A DNA stretch of 64,000 bases from a virus, in IMG/VR virus record IMGVR_UViG_3300025853_000033. One strand, 5' to 3'. Shown one piece after another: positions 47,699 through 54,139 of this stretch. Each line of letters begins with the position of its first letter. The first letter of the stretch is position 1. The translations under genes and the position numbers were made by a program. Below the pieces are notes generated by a model. It had not been told where the DNA came from, did no database searches, and saw only the letters and a program-made list of their open reading frames with translations.

Positions 47699-47941
47699 TT
47701 AAATTTTGGTAACTTTTGATTTGGGAGCTTTTGATGCTTTTTCTAATACATCATTCCATCCAGGATGCTTTTTAATTAATTGGTCTTTCCACTCACCCAA
47801 CTCTCCCAAAGAAGCGCAACCTTCAGACCAGTCTCTATGCCATTCTGGATTGTCTTGATACCACTGAGTGATATCATGCACACTCATTTCAATAACCTTT
47901 TTTTCACCTGTAACTTTATTAACTATTGGATACTGTGCCAT
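47699..47941 (-). CDS. Conserved cyanophage protein (FmdB-like N-terminus)
   Basis: MAQYPIVNKVTGE...GWNDVL.KASKAP; late promoter upstream. Confidence 0.65.
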   Translation of the reverse strand: MAQYPIVNKVTGEKKVIEMSVHDITQWYQDNPEWHRDWSEGCASLGELGEWKDQLIKKHPGWNDVLEKASKAPKSKVTKI

Positions 47942-47963
47942 GCTATTTAATGATCTAATGATT

Positions 47964-47971
47964 TATTTATA
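47964..47971 (-). promoter_or_regulatory. T4 late promoter TATAAATA
   Basis: Exact consensus overlapping the end of thyX. Confidence 0.75.
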
Positions 47972-47972
47972 A

Positions 47973-48725
47973 TTAAGGCGCTAACCTAGCACGATACAAA
48001 CGTTTTTGTTCATAGTAACTCCAAACGTTAGGTGCCCAATCTTTAATGTGGTCGGTAATCTGTTCACACAAACATTGAATTTCTAGTTGTGCATCAAGTT
48101 TTGATCGAAGGTCTAAAAGATGAAGAGCCGAACGAAGATTAAAAGAAACAACAAAATTTTGTCTAATTGCTTGTGGAAGATAATCTCTTAGATGCTCTTC
48201 ACACATTCCCATTTTATAATAATGCTCATATTCTTTACATTCAATCAGAATACGAGCAAGTTTTTGTTGCCTATGTTCTTCAGTCCACTCGTACTTTTTA
48301 CCCTTTCGATTTGTATAAAATCCAGCTGGGCGAACATAAAAAACTTCTTCAGGATCAAGTTCCATTTTTGCAACTTGACGTACTCTTTTTCCAGTATACC
48401 TCTGAGATTGAACATCGAAGGTGACTCCAACTCGATGAGTTCTTGCTTGAACAATCACATTATGAACATATCCAGAACAAGATAATGTAATTGAAGGATG
48501 TTCAATTGGACCCCAATGACCGCGATCATTACCCAAGAGTTGATCAACAATCCACTCACCACATTTTTGAGGATCAGGTAATTCTACGGTGTGAATTGGA
48601 ACTTCAGAGTAATCACACTTTCCTGCTTGCCAAATAACTTGTTCTGGATTTTCGTAAGCATTTAATTTTACAACACTAAGATGTTTATCTAGAGCAAGAA
48701 GATCTTTTGCTTTGATTGGTTTCAT
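47973..48725 (-). CDS. thyX: Flavin-dependent thymidylate synthase
   Basis: GHWGPIEH, QARTHRVGVTFDVQSQRY (RHRx7S-like), E..R..LP, NLRS..H...LR...AQ.EI. Confidence 0.92.
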   Translation of the reverse strand: MKPIKAKDLLALDKHLSVVKLNAYENPEQVIWQAGKCDYSEVPIHTVELPDPQKCGEWIVDQLLGNDRGHWGPIEHPSITLSCSGYVHNVIVQARTHRVGVTFDVQSQRYTGKRVRQVAKMELDPEEVFYVRPAGFYTNRKGKKYEWTEEHRQQKLARILIECKEYEHYYKMGMCEEHLRDYLPQAIRQNFVVSFNLRSALHLLDLRSKLDAQLEIQCLCEQITDHIKDWAPNVWSYYEQKRLYRARLAP

Positions 48726-48759
48726 ATTTTATAATTAATTCCTTTTAATTTTAATTTAA

Positions 48760-48936
48760 CTAGTCACAATAACCATCATCATCTTCCCAAATCTCATCAT
48801 AGTCAGTTATTTTGCTATGAGTTTGTTCATAATTAGAAATATAATAGTTATCAACATTAGAATAAATTTCACATTCTAATTCATTAACTACTTCTTTCAA
48901 TTTAGAGAGTAGACTTTTTAATTTTTCTTCTTCCAT
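48760..48936 (-). CDS. Conserved cyanophage hypothetical protein
   Basis: MEEEKLKSLLSKLKEVVNELECEIYS...DYDEIWEDDDG. The track start lies inside the upstream promoter, so it was moved. Confidence 0.65.
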   Translation of the reverse strand: MEEEKLKSLLSKLKEVVNELECEIYSNVDNYYISNYEQTHSKITDYDEIWEDDDGYCD

Positions 48937-48958
48937 AAAACATGTCTGCTTCTCCACA

Positions 48959-48995
48959 ATTTTAGCATAAAAAAAGGAAGGGATCAACCCTTCCT
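48959..48995 (-). promoter_or_regulatory. Terminator hairpin whose loop forms a -35 box; extended -10 promoter
   Basis: AGGAAGGG-TTGAT-CCCTTCCT-TTTTTT; TTGATC, 17 bp, TAAAAT preceded by TG. Confidence 0.7.
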
Positions 48996-49073
48996 GTTTA
49001 ACAGCATGACTTCCAAATAAATTAAGAGTATAAAAATCATTGATGCTGCAGTAATAGCTGCAACTACAATCAT
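48984..49073 (-). CDS. 29-aa single-pass membrane peptide
   Basis: Hand translation MIVVAAITAASMIFILLIYLEVMLLNRKG; ATGA overlap with the upstream ORF. Confidence 0.55.
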   Translation of the reverse strand: MIVVAAITAASMIFILLIYLEVMLLNRKG

Positions 49074-49189
49074 TTTTTTGCTACCTGGCAGTGACCTGCC
49101 ATACACATTTGTGCATCTTTAAGTTTTTGATCTTTGACTTGCTTTGCCTTAATGACAGAGAGCCAATTGGAAGTTTGATTTGTTTTCAT
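49070..49189 (-). CDS. 39-aa basic peptide
   Basis: Hand translation MKTNQTSNWLSVIKAKQVKDQKLKDAQMCMAGHCQVAKK; ATGA overlap with the DUF4278-like gene. Confidence 0.6.
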   Translation of the reverse strand: MKTNQTSNWLSVIKAKQVKDQKLKDAQMCMAGHCQVAKK

Positions 49190-49329
49190 TTTGCAACCTC
49201 TACTTTTTTAGTGAACTTCATTCCACGGTAAGTTAAAGTAAATTCTTTTACTTCAGTATTATTTTGAGGTTGTTCGATGTCATAATCGACACCGCGATAT
49301 GTTGTTTTTGTGCTGTAAAGATTAAGCAT
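49186..49329 (-). CDS. DUF4278-like small protein (47 aa)
   Basis: MLNLYSTKTTYRGVDYD...FTLTYRGMKFTK with two TYRG motifs; SD AGGAG before the ATG at 49329. The track start at 49458 reads through the RNA element. Confidence 0.8.
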   Translation of the reverse strand: MLNLYSTKTTYRGVDYDIEQPQNNTEVKEFTLTYRGMKFTKKVEVAK

Positions 49330-49386
49330 TGTTTTACTCCTAAAGAAATGAGATTTAACCTTCTCTGCTAAGCAGGATCCGTTTTC

Positions 49387-49608
49387 CCGTTCCTTCAGTC
49401 GTGTGCGTCCTATGAGTCTTCTAGTTGAAAACATACAGGATCTGTATGATCCATCCATTTGAAGACTAGACTAACCTTTTCAGATACACTAAAAAGCTCA
49501 GATTCTAACAATCCCTGACTTAAAAACTCAAAATCTTCACATCGAAGATAATTCGATTGAGGGACATGTGTTGCTAAAAGCAAGGAGAGTAAAAACATAG
49601 GATGAACG
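49387..49608 (-). ncRNA. Glutamine-riboswitch-like aptamer 2 with an ORF inserted in P2
   Basis: CGTTCA-TCCTATG-[181 nt]-CATAGGA-CGCA-N10-GGAACGG; same frame as aptamer 1. Confidence 0.7.
49410..49598 (-). CDS. 62-aa hypothetical protein nested in the aptamer-2 P2 loop
   Basis: MFLLSLLLATHVPQSNYLRCEDFEF...KWMDHTDPVCF; hydrophobic N-terminus and two Cys. Confidence 0.7.
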   Translation of the reverse strand: MFLLSLLLATHVPQSNYLRCEDFEFLSQGLLESELFSVSEKVSLVFKWMDHTDPVCFQLEDS

Positions 49609-49610
49609 CT

Positions 49611-49650
49611 CCGTTCCGCGACTTACTTGCGACCCAGAAGGGTTGAACGT
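49611..49650 (-). ncRNA. Glutamine-riboswitch-like aptamer 1 (glnA / Downstream-peptide family)
   Basis: CGTTCA-ACCC(TTCT)GGGT-CGCA-AGTAAGTCGC-GGAACGG; P1 is CGTTC/GAACG; begins right at the predicted TSS. Confidence 0.78.
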
Positions 49651-49658
49651 ATAAATGC

Positions 49659-49687
49659 ATTATAACATGTACTATCTATATAGACAA
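49659..49687 (-). promoter_or_regulatory. Extended -10 sigma70 promoter driving the riboswitch leader
   Basis: TTGTCT, 17 bp, TG-T-TATAAT (49659-49664). Confidence 0.75.
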
Positions 49688-49694
49688 CCAGTTT

Positions 49695-49710
49695 TGTATA
49701 ATACTATACA
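49695..49710. promoter_or_regulatory. NtcA-type binding site TGTA-N8-TACA
   Basis: TGTA-TAATACTA-TACA within the palindrome TTGTATA-ATAC-TATACAA (49694-49711). Confidence 0.6.
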
Positions 49711-49713
49711 ATT

Positions 49714-50043
49714 TTACAAAAACATTCCTCTGTCACTCATGTACTGTAAAGTATCTTTCATACTACCAATATGCCTATTGCCTATTGCAACTTGAGGAAA
49801 CTCTGCATCAAGACCAAACTCAGAAACAAATTGCTTGATAGTAAAATCTTTTTCTAGTACGTATTCATGGAATTCACCACCTAAAGATTTTAAGAGCATT
49901 GACATACGCTGACACTCTTGACTACCATTACTATAGATTACTGCTGTCTCTAACATTTTACTTAAAATAAACTGTCTACTTTTTTGGCACCAAACAAAGT
50001 GAGATTCTGTTCCATCTTTGTGAATTACACTATAATAACTCAT
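49714..50043 (-). CDS. Glutaredoxin-like protein lacking CxxC (SQEC)
   Basis: AVIYSNGSQEC...FPQVAIGNRHIGS. The true start may be MLETAV. Confidence 0.65.
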   Translation of the reverse strand: MSYYSVIHKDGTESHFVWCQKSRQFILSKMLETAVIYSNGSQECQRMSMLLKSLGGEFHEYVLEKDFTIKQFVSEFGLDAEFPQVAIGNRHIGSMKDTLQYMSDRGMFL

Positions 50044-50258
50044 TCAAATACTGGAAGAGGTTTAGAAAAGAATTCATCTCTCATTTTTTTGAGAGCATCT
50101 AAATCATTACCATAATAACCCATGTTCATGTAAACACAATCAAGATACCTAAGGTCTTCACGATTACTATCCAGTGTAAGATAATCACAATAATATAAAA
50201 TTTCTTGTGGTACTTCTATTTTATTGTAGTTTTGCTCAATATAAAATGGAATTGTCAT
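50040..50258 (-). CDS. Conserved cyanophage hypothetical protein
   Basis: DLRYLDCVYMNMGYYGND. Confidence 0.6.
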   Translation of the reverse strand: MTIPFYIEQNYNKIEVPQEILYYCDYLTLDSNREDLRYLDCVYMNMGYYGNDLDALKKMRDEFFSKPLPVFE

Positions 50259-50434
50259 AGAAAATTTTTAGAATATTCTTCAAGCATTTTTGGTGATACA
50301 CAAAATAATTCTCCTTCAGTAATACTTTTAGAAAATTCTGCTTTCATATCACTGCGACCAGAAATAAATCCAACAACAGATATGGTAATACCAGCAAGTA
50401 CTAGCAATCCAGTTTTAATATAAGTTTTATTCAC
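50255..50434 (-). CDS. 59-aa hypothetical membrane protein (GTG start, below track cutoff)
   Basis: Hand translation MNKTYIKTGLLVLAGITISVVGFISGRSDMKAEF...; 4-nt overlaps on both sides. Confidence 0.5.
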   Translation of the reverse strand: MNKTYIKTGLLVLAGITISVVGFISGRSDMKAEFSKSITEGELFCVSPKMLEEYSKNFL

Positions 50435-50736
50435 TTTACTTCCTCAAAATTACAATCCACTTCTTCAAAATTACACTTCTTGTAAACATCAAAAAGTTTT
50501 CCCATCAATTTTTTAGAACACTTATATTCAAGTAGAGTATCATCTTTATCATCCATCTCTGAAGAAGACATCAGGTTCAATAAAAGCTCTGCTTCTTCTT
50601 TAGAAAGCATAATGTTCATTTCAGTAATAATGTCAGTCACGTTGTCTCCAATCATCAGGTTTATCTTGTTTAAACCAATCTGCAATCTCATCTGCTGATG
50701 AAAATCCAGTTCGGTGATTTGATGGATCAGGATCAC
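50431..50736 (-). CDS. Hypothetical protein (true start probably near 50640)
   Basis: ORF track; the first third overlaps the upstream gene. Confidence 0.4.
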   Translation of the reverse strand: MILIHQITELDFHQQMRLQIGLNKINLMIGDNVTDIITEMNIMLSKEEAELLLNLMSSSEMDDKDDTLLEYKCSKKLMGKLFDVYKKCNFEEVDCNFEEVK

Positions 50737-50950
50737 CTAATCCCATCTTATTCATAAAATCATCCAGACTACCTTCTTGCATATCTGGATTGGCTGCTTT
50801 TCTTCTTGCTTTATTTAACCAGTCTTTAGCAGTGGTATTTGCTTTAGCAAGTTTTTCTGCCCAAATAATGTCTTCGAGTTTTACCTCTTCTCCATTAACA
50901 ATGCACTTACAAATGAATTCTAAACGTAATCTGTATTGTGTGGATAACAT
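50633..50950 (-). CDS. Conserved cyanophage hypothetical protein
   Basis: MLSTQYRLRLEFICKCIVNGEEVKLEDIIWAEKLAKAN...MGLGDPDPSNH...DWRQRD. Confidence 0.75.
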   Translation of the reverse strand: MLSTQYRLRLEFICKCIVNGEEVKLEDIIWAEKLAKANTTAKDWLNKARRKAANPDMQEGSLDDFMNKMGLGDPDPSNHRTGFSSADEIADWFKQDKPDDWRQRD

Positions 50951-50951
50951 G

Positions 50952-51152
50952 TTATTCCTTTGCTTTAGTTAACCAATTTTCTAATTCATTTAATTTTGTA
51001 AATTCTTTGTATGCTGCCTCAGAGCGTTCACTAAGAATTTCTAAAATGTCATTAATGATGAGATTATTCTCAACATAATCGTCTAAGTATTTATCAATGG
51101 CTTCTTTAAGATATCTCTTACGATGCCATTCAGGAGAATACGGTTTGTACAT
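50952..51152 (-). CDS. Conserved cyanophage hypothetical protein
   Basis: MYKPYSPEWHRKRYLKEAIDKYLDD; promoter immediately upstream. Confidence 0.75.
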   Translation of the reverse strand: MYKPYSPEWHRKRYLKEAIDKYLDDYVENNLIINDILEILSERSEAAYKEFTKLNELENWLTKAKE

Positions 51153-51174
51153 AACAAAAAAATTTCATACCAAT

Positions 51175-51203
51175 ATATTAGCAGAGACCTTTGTCAATGT
51201 CAA
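51175..51203 (-). promoter_or_regulatory. Sigma70-type promoter with tandem TTGACA
   Basis: TTGACA (51198-51203) followed by a second TTGACA; 17 bp from the first to TAATAT (51175-51180). Confidence 0.7.
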
Positions 51204-51331
51204 TGCTCTTTGTATTTCTCTGGATTTTTTGCTGAGTCGTAAATAAAATACGCAAATGGAAATAGAAGCAGTCCACCCAAAATAGAAGAGACTACAGGAA
51301 CATTTATAGAACTGTAAAAAGAATGTATCAT
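51200..51331 (-). CDS. 43-aa membrane peptide
   Basis: Hand translation MIHSFYSSINVPVVSSILGGLLLFPFAYFIYDSAKNPEKYKEH; ATGA overlap with speD. Confidence 0.55.
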   Translation of the reverse strand: MIHSFYSSINVPVVSSILGGLLLFPFAYFIYDSAKNPEKYKEH

Positions 51332-51654
51332 CTTTCTATATAACTTAAAGTGTGAGATGTGCAGTGTAATTGTTTTACTATTAAGTCACAACCAACTTGT
51401 GGATCTGCATTTCCGCAGGTAAATATATCAACTGCGGCTTCTCCTCTCTCTGGCCAAGTATGTATACTAATGTGACTTTCAGACAGAAGAATTAATACAG
51501 TAACTCCTTGGGGTTCAAATTTTTTATGTACTGTAGTTATTACAGTAGCACCACTTACTATAGCGGCATATGATAATAAATTAATTAAACCATTTTCATC
51601 ATTGAGAATCATATATGGACAACCATATAGATTCAATAAGTAATGCTTACCCAT
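51328..51654 (-). CDS. speD: S-adenosylmethionine decarboxylase proenzyme
   Basis: GKH.L..LYGC...KFEPQGVT.LILLSESHISIHTWPE.G.AAVDIFTCG (E|S self-cleavage site). Confidence 0.93.
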   Translation of the reverse strand: MGKHYLLNLYGCPYMILNDENGLINLLSYAAIVSGATVITTVHKKFEPQGVTVLILLSESHISIHTWPERGEAAVDIFTCGNADPQVGCDLIVKQLHCTSHTLSYIER

Positions 51655-51674
51655 TTGAATTACAAAGTAAAATT

Positions 51675-52529
51675 TTAATTAATTATATTAGGTGGAATTG
51701 GAAGACTTTCTGCTATTTTAATTGCTTTATAACCAGTTTCTACCAATATTTTTAAATCTTTTGGGAAGTTATCATCAGCAGGGTGAACATCAAATTTTAT
51801 TTTAGAATAAACATTGCCAATCAGATTGAGATACATTGTGTTGAGTTTTACAATTTTACTTTTAGTCTCATCAGAGAATTTATAATCAAAAACTTTTGTC
51901 AAATATTCAAAATGCTCTCCTGGGGTTGGATGATTATCAGTGTAATGTTTATGAACAGAAATTCTGTTCCAGGAACTTCCCCCCCAAAGAACTTCTTCAA
52001 AACTTGGTTCAATATAATCAAAAATATTATTGTATAATTTAAATAATTTATGAAAACTTGTCCTATTCATTTTCAAACCCTTACTTTTTTTAATGGTATC
52101 CATTGCTAGAAAATGAAATTGAGTCTTATCTTTTAGAAGATTATGAATCAACTTAATAGTTGCAAGATCTCTCATTAAAAAATGACAATCATCTGCTATT
52201 ACTTTAGCAAATCTTACACTCCAAAGTTTATTATCATTATAGTATATATTTCCAGCGTTGAACCACCTATCTGCTTTATATCTATCCTCTCTTTGAATCC
52301 CAGACCAACAAACAATGACAAGATCTTCTTCATTAAAATTAAAATGTTGATCTGCTTGACAAACCATGTTTGATATGTACACGTTTCCAGATCCAGCTTG
52401 ACCAAAATTATAATATTCACAATCCAATTCATGGGCAAGAATATCTGCCCATGTTAACCAAGAATAATTAGTAAAGCTACATCCAAAAGTAAATAATCTT
52501 TTGGGTTTATTAAAAAATAATTTTTTCAT
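51675..52529 (-). CDS. SGNH/GDSL-like hydrolase-fold protein
   Basis: FTFGCSFT, GQAGSGN, WS...R.D, DNHP. Confidence 0.6.
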   Translation of the reverse strand: MKKLFFNKPKRLFTFGCSFTNYSWLTWADILAHELDCEYYNFGQAGSGNVYISNMVCQADQHFNFNEEDLVIVCWSGIQREDRYKADRWFNAGNIYYNDNKLWSVRFAKVIADDCHFLMRDLATIKLIHNLLKDKTQFHFLAMDTIKKSKGLKMNRTSFHKLFKLYNNIFDYIEPSFEEVLWGGSSWNRISVHKHYTDNHPTPGEHFEYLTKVFDYKFSDETKSKIVKLNTMYLNLIGNVYSKIKFDVHPADDNFPKDLKILVETGYKAIKIAESLPIPPNIIN

Positions 52530-52789
52530 TTCTTATTTTTCTTTTTATCTGGATGATCCCAAAGTTTTGGATTTACTCTACCTTCTGTTTGAGTAAATCT
52601 AATTAATCCTTCTCTATAATTATCCCAATAGTAATCAAAAATATCCACTTTTTTATTGCAGATAACAACATCATAATGTACTGTCCCATCAACAAGATAC
52701 TCTACCAAATAAGAAGTATATGGTAGAGATCTATCTTGTGCAAACTCAGGGAGGCAGTCTTTTTTTACAAATTTTAATTTAGAACTCAA
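52526..52789 (-). CDS. Conserved cyanophage hypothetical protein
   Basis: DRSLPYTSYLVEY...DIFDYYWD.Y...TEGRVNPKLW. Confidence 0.7.
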   Translation of the reverse strand: MSSKLKFVKKDCLPEFAQDRSLPYTSYLVEYLVDGTVHYDVVICNKKVDIFDYYWDNYREGLIRFTQTEGRVNPKLWDHPDKKKNKK

Positions 52790-53358
52790 CTTCTACCACC
52801 CCACTGAATATCAGTATATGCTTTAGTAACAGCATCTTTTGTAATATTATATCTTGTCTGAAGTTTTTTGTCTTTAACCAGAACCATGATTTCTGCTTCT
52901 CTTGGGTGAAGACCCTCAAGCATTTGTATAAACATTGTTTCTCTTCTTAAACTAGATAAAGTAGGATTACCACCAAGAAGATAATTATAAAAATTTTGAT
53001 ATTCTTTTCTAATAGAAGTTGCTCTTTTACGAACAAACTCATCTGCGTTAGATAATCCTTTAACAGTGTTTAGTTTTTCTACAGAAGTAGATAATGTATC
53101 ATTAAAAGCAGATTGTTCTTCTACTCTAGAATAAGGAACATCCCCTTCTGGAAGGAGTGATACAATTGACTCATCAAAATTCCAGATTAGTAAAGAAACA
53201 AGTCCATCATTTCTGTATTTTTGAAGTACTTCTGCTTTTTTTGCAATAGATCTTTGCTTTGAAGCTAAATCTAAAATTTCAAATTGGAATGCATTTGGTT
53301 GAAGTTCTTCAATCTTCGTCGTCTTCTTCGTCTTCGTAGTAGTCATTAGTGTTTTCAA
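52786..53358 (-). CDS. Conserved T4-like cyanophage hypothetical protein
   Basis: SLLPEGDVPY...RRETMFIQMLEGLHPREAE...KDK.L. Confidence 0.75.
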   Translation of the reverse strand: MKTLMTTTKTKKTTKIEELQPNAFQFEILDLASKQRSIAKKAEVLQKYRNDGLVSLLIWNFDESIVSLLPEGDVPYSRVEEQSAFNDTLSTSVEKLNTVKGLSNADEFVRKRATSIRKEYQNFYNYLLGGNPTLSSLRRETMFIQMLEGLHPREAEIMVLVKDKKLQTRYNITKDAVTKAYTDIQWGGRS

Positions 53359-53536
53359 ATCGTACAGCTAAAATTTCATCAGGAAGAATATTCCCGTTCT
53401 CATCAAACATTTCTGGATGAGCGTAAATTGGAGTTGACTCATAAACATATGTTCTAGTAATCCAACCTACTACACCACCCAAAACTAAAAACATTATACA
53501 AAATAATGCTGAAAATGTTAGGGTTACTGCTAGCAT
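53309..53536 (-). CDS. Conserved membrane protein
   Basis: N-terminal TM helix, then HPEMFDENGNILPDEILAVRF. Confidence 0.7.
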   Translation of the reverse strand: MLAVTLTFSALFCIMFLVLGGVVGWITRTYVYESTPIYAHPEMFDENGNILPDEILAVRFENTNDYYEDEEDDED

Positions 53537-53555
53537 GTTACTTCTCCCGATGCCC

Positions 53556-53807
53556 CTATGGTTTTTTCTTTACTGATAAGGAAATGTCAAATCGAAAGTC
53601 TATCTCTCGTTTAAGGAGAGAGATAACCTTTTGAATCTTTATTCCAAATGTTTTAGATTCTGGTCTTTTCTCCCTCCTGCTACGATGTCGTAACATTAAT
53701 TCAAATCCTCTATTGATATCAGTAGTATCAGAATTCGAGGATTTACTATTATTTATTTGATTTTTTTCTCCTTCCTGGCCTTTTGTCATATGTGTATCTC
53801 CTCGCAT
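53556..53807 (-). CDS. Conserved cyanophage hypothetical protein
   Basis: INRGFELMLR.R.RR. Confidence 0.55.
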   Translation of the reverse strand: MRGDTHMTKGQEGEKNQINNSKSSNSDTTDINRGFELMLRHRSRREKRPESKTFGIKIQKVISLLKREIDFRFDISLSVKKKP

Positions 53808-54126
53808 CTTCTAAAATATCATTTAAATAATTTCTTATTTTTCTTGCTTGTGGTTTTGAGATATGTCCATAGGCTTCCCTAAGAATTTTATGTTGAGAAT
53901 CTTGCCCACCTTTTAGGTATTCATCCAAATCATCAATCAAAAAATTTATACTAGAAGCAGTTTGACTATTAATAAAATCTTCTGCTTGCTTTCTTTTTAC
54001 ATTGTTTGATTTTAAATAATCATAAAGTCTCAGAATAAATTTACCTTCAAATGCATAATCTATCGCCTTTTCCACATCATAGTGGACAGTGATAAATTGA
54101 TTTTCCATACAAGCAAGTGCTGACAT
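53749..54126 (-). CDS. Conserved cyanophage hypothetical protein
   Basis: VEKAIDYAF.GKF...LREAYGHISKPQARKIRNYL. Confidence 0.7.
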   Translation of the reverse strand: MSALACMENQFITVHYDVEKAIDYAFEGKFILRLYDYLKSNNVKRKQAEDFINSQTASSINFLIDDLDEYLKGGQDSQHKILREAYGHISKPQARKIRNYLNDILEDARRYTYDKRPGRRKKSNK

Positions 54127-54139
54127 TTTAAATTATATA

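Noticed and set aside
49330-49458. N-terminal extension of ORF 49186..49458
   Set aside because: It reads through the aptamer; a strong SD precedes the ATG at 49329.
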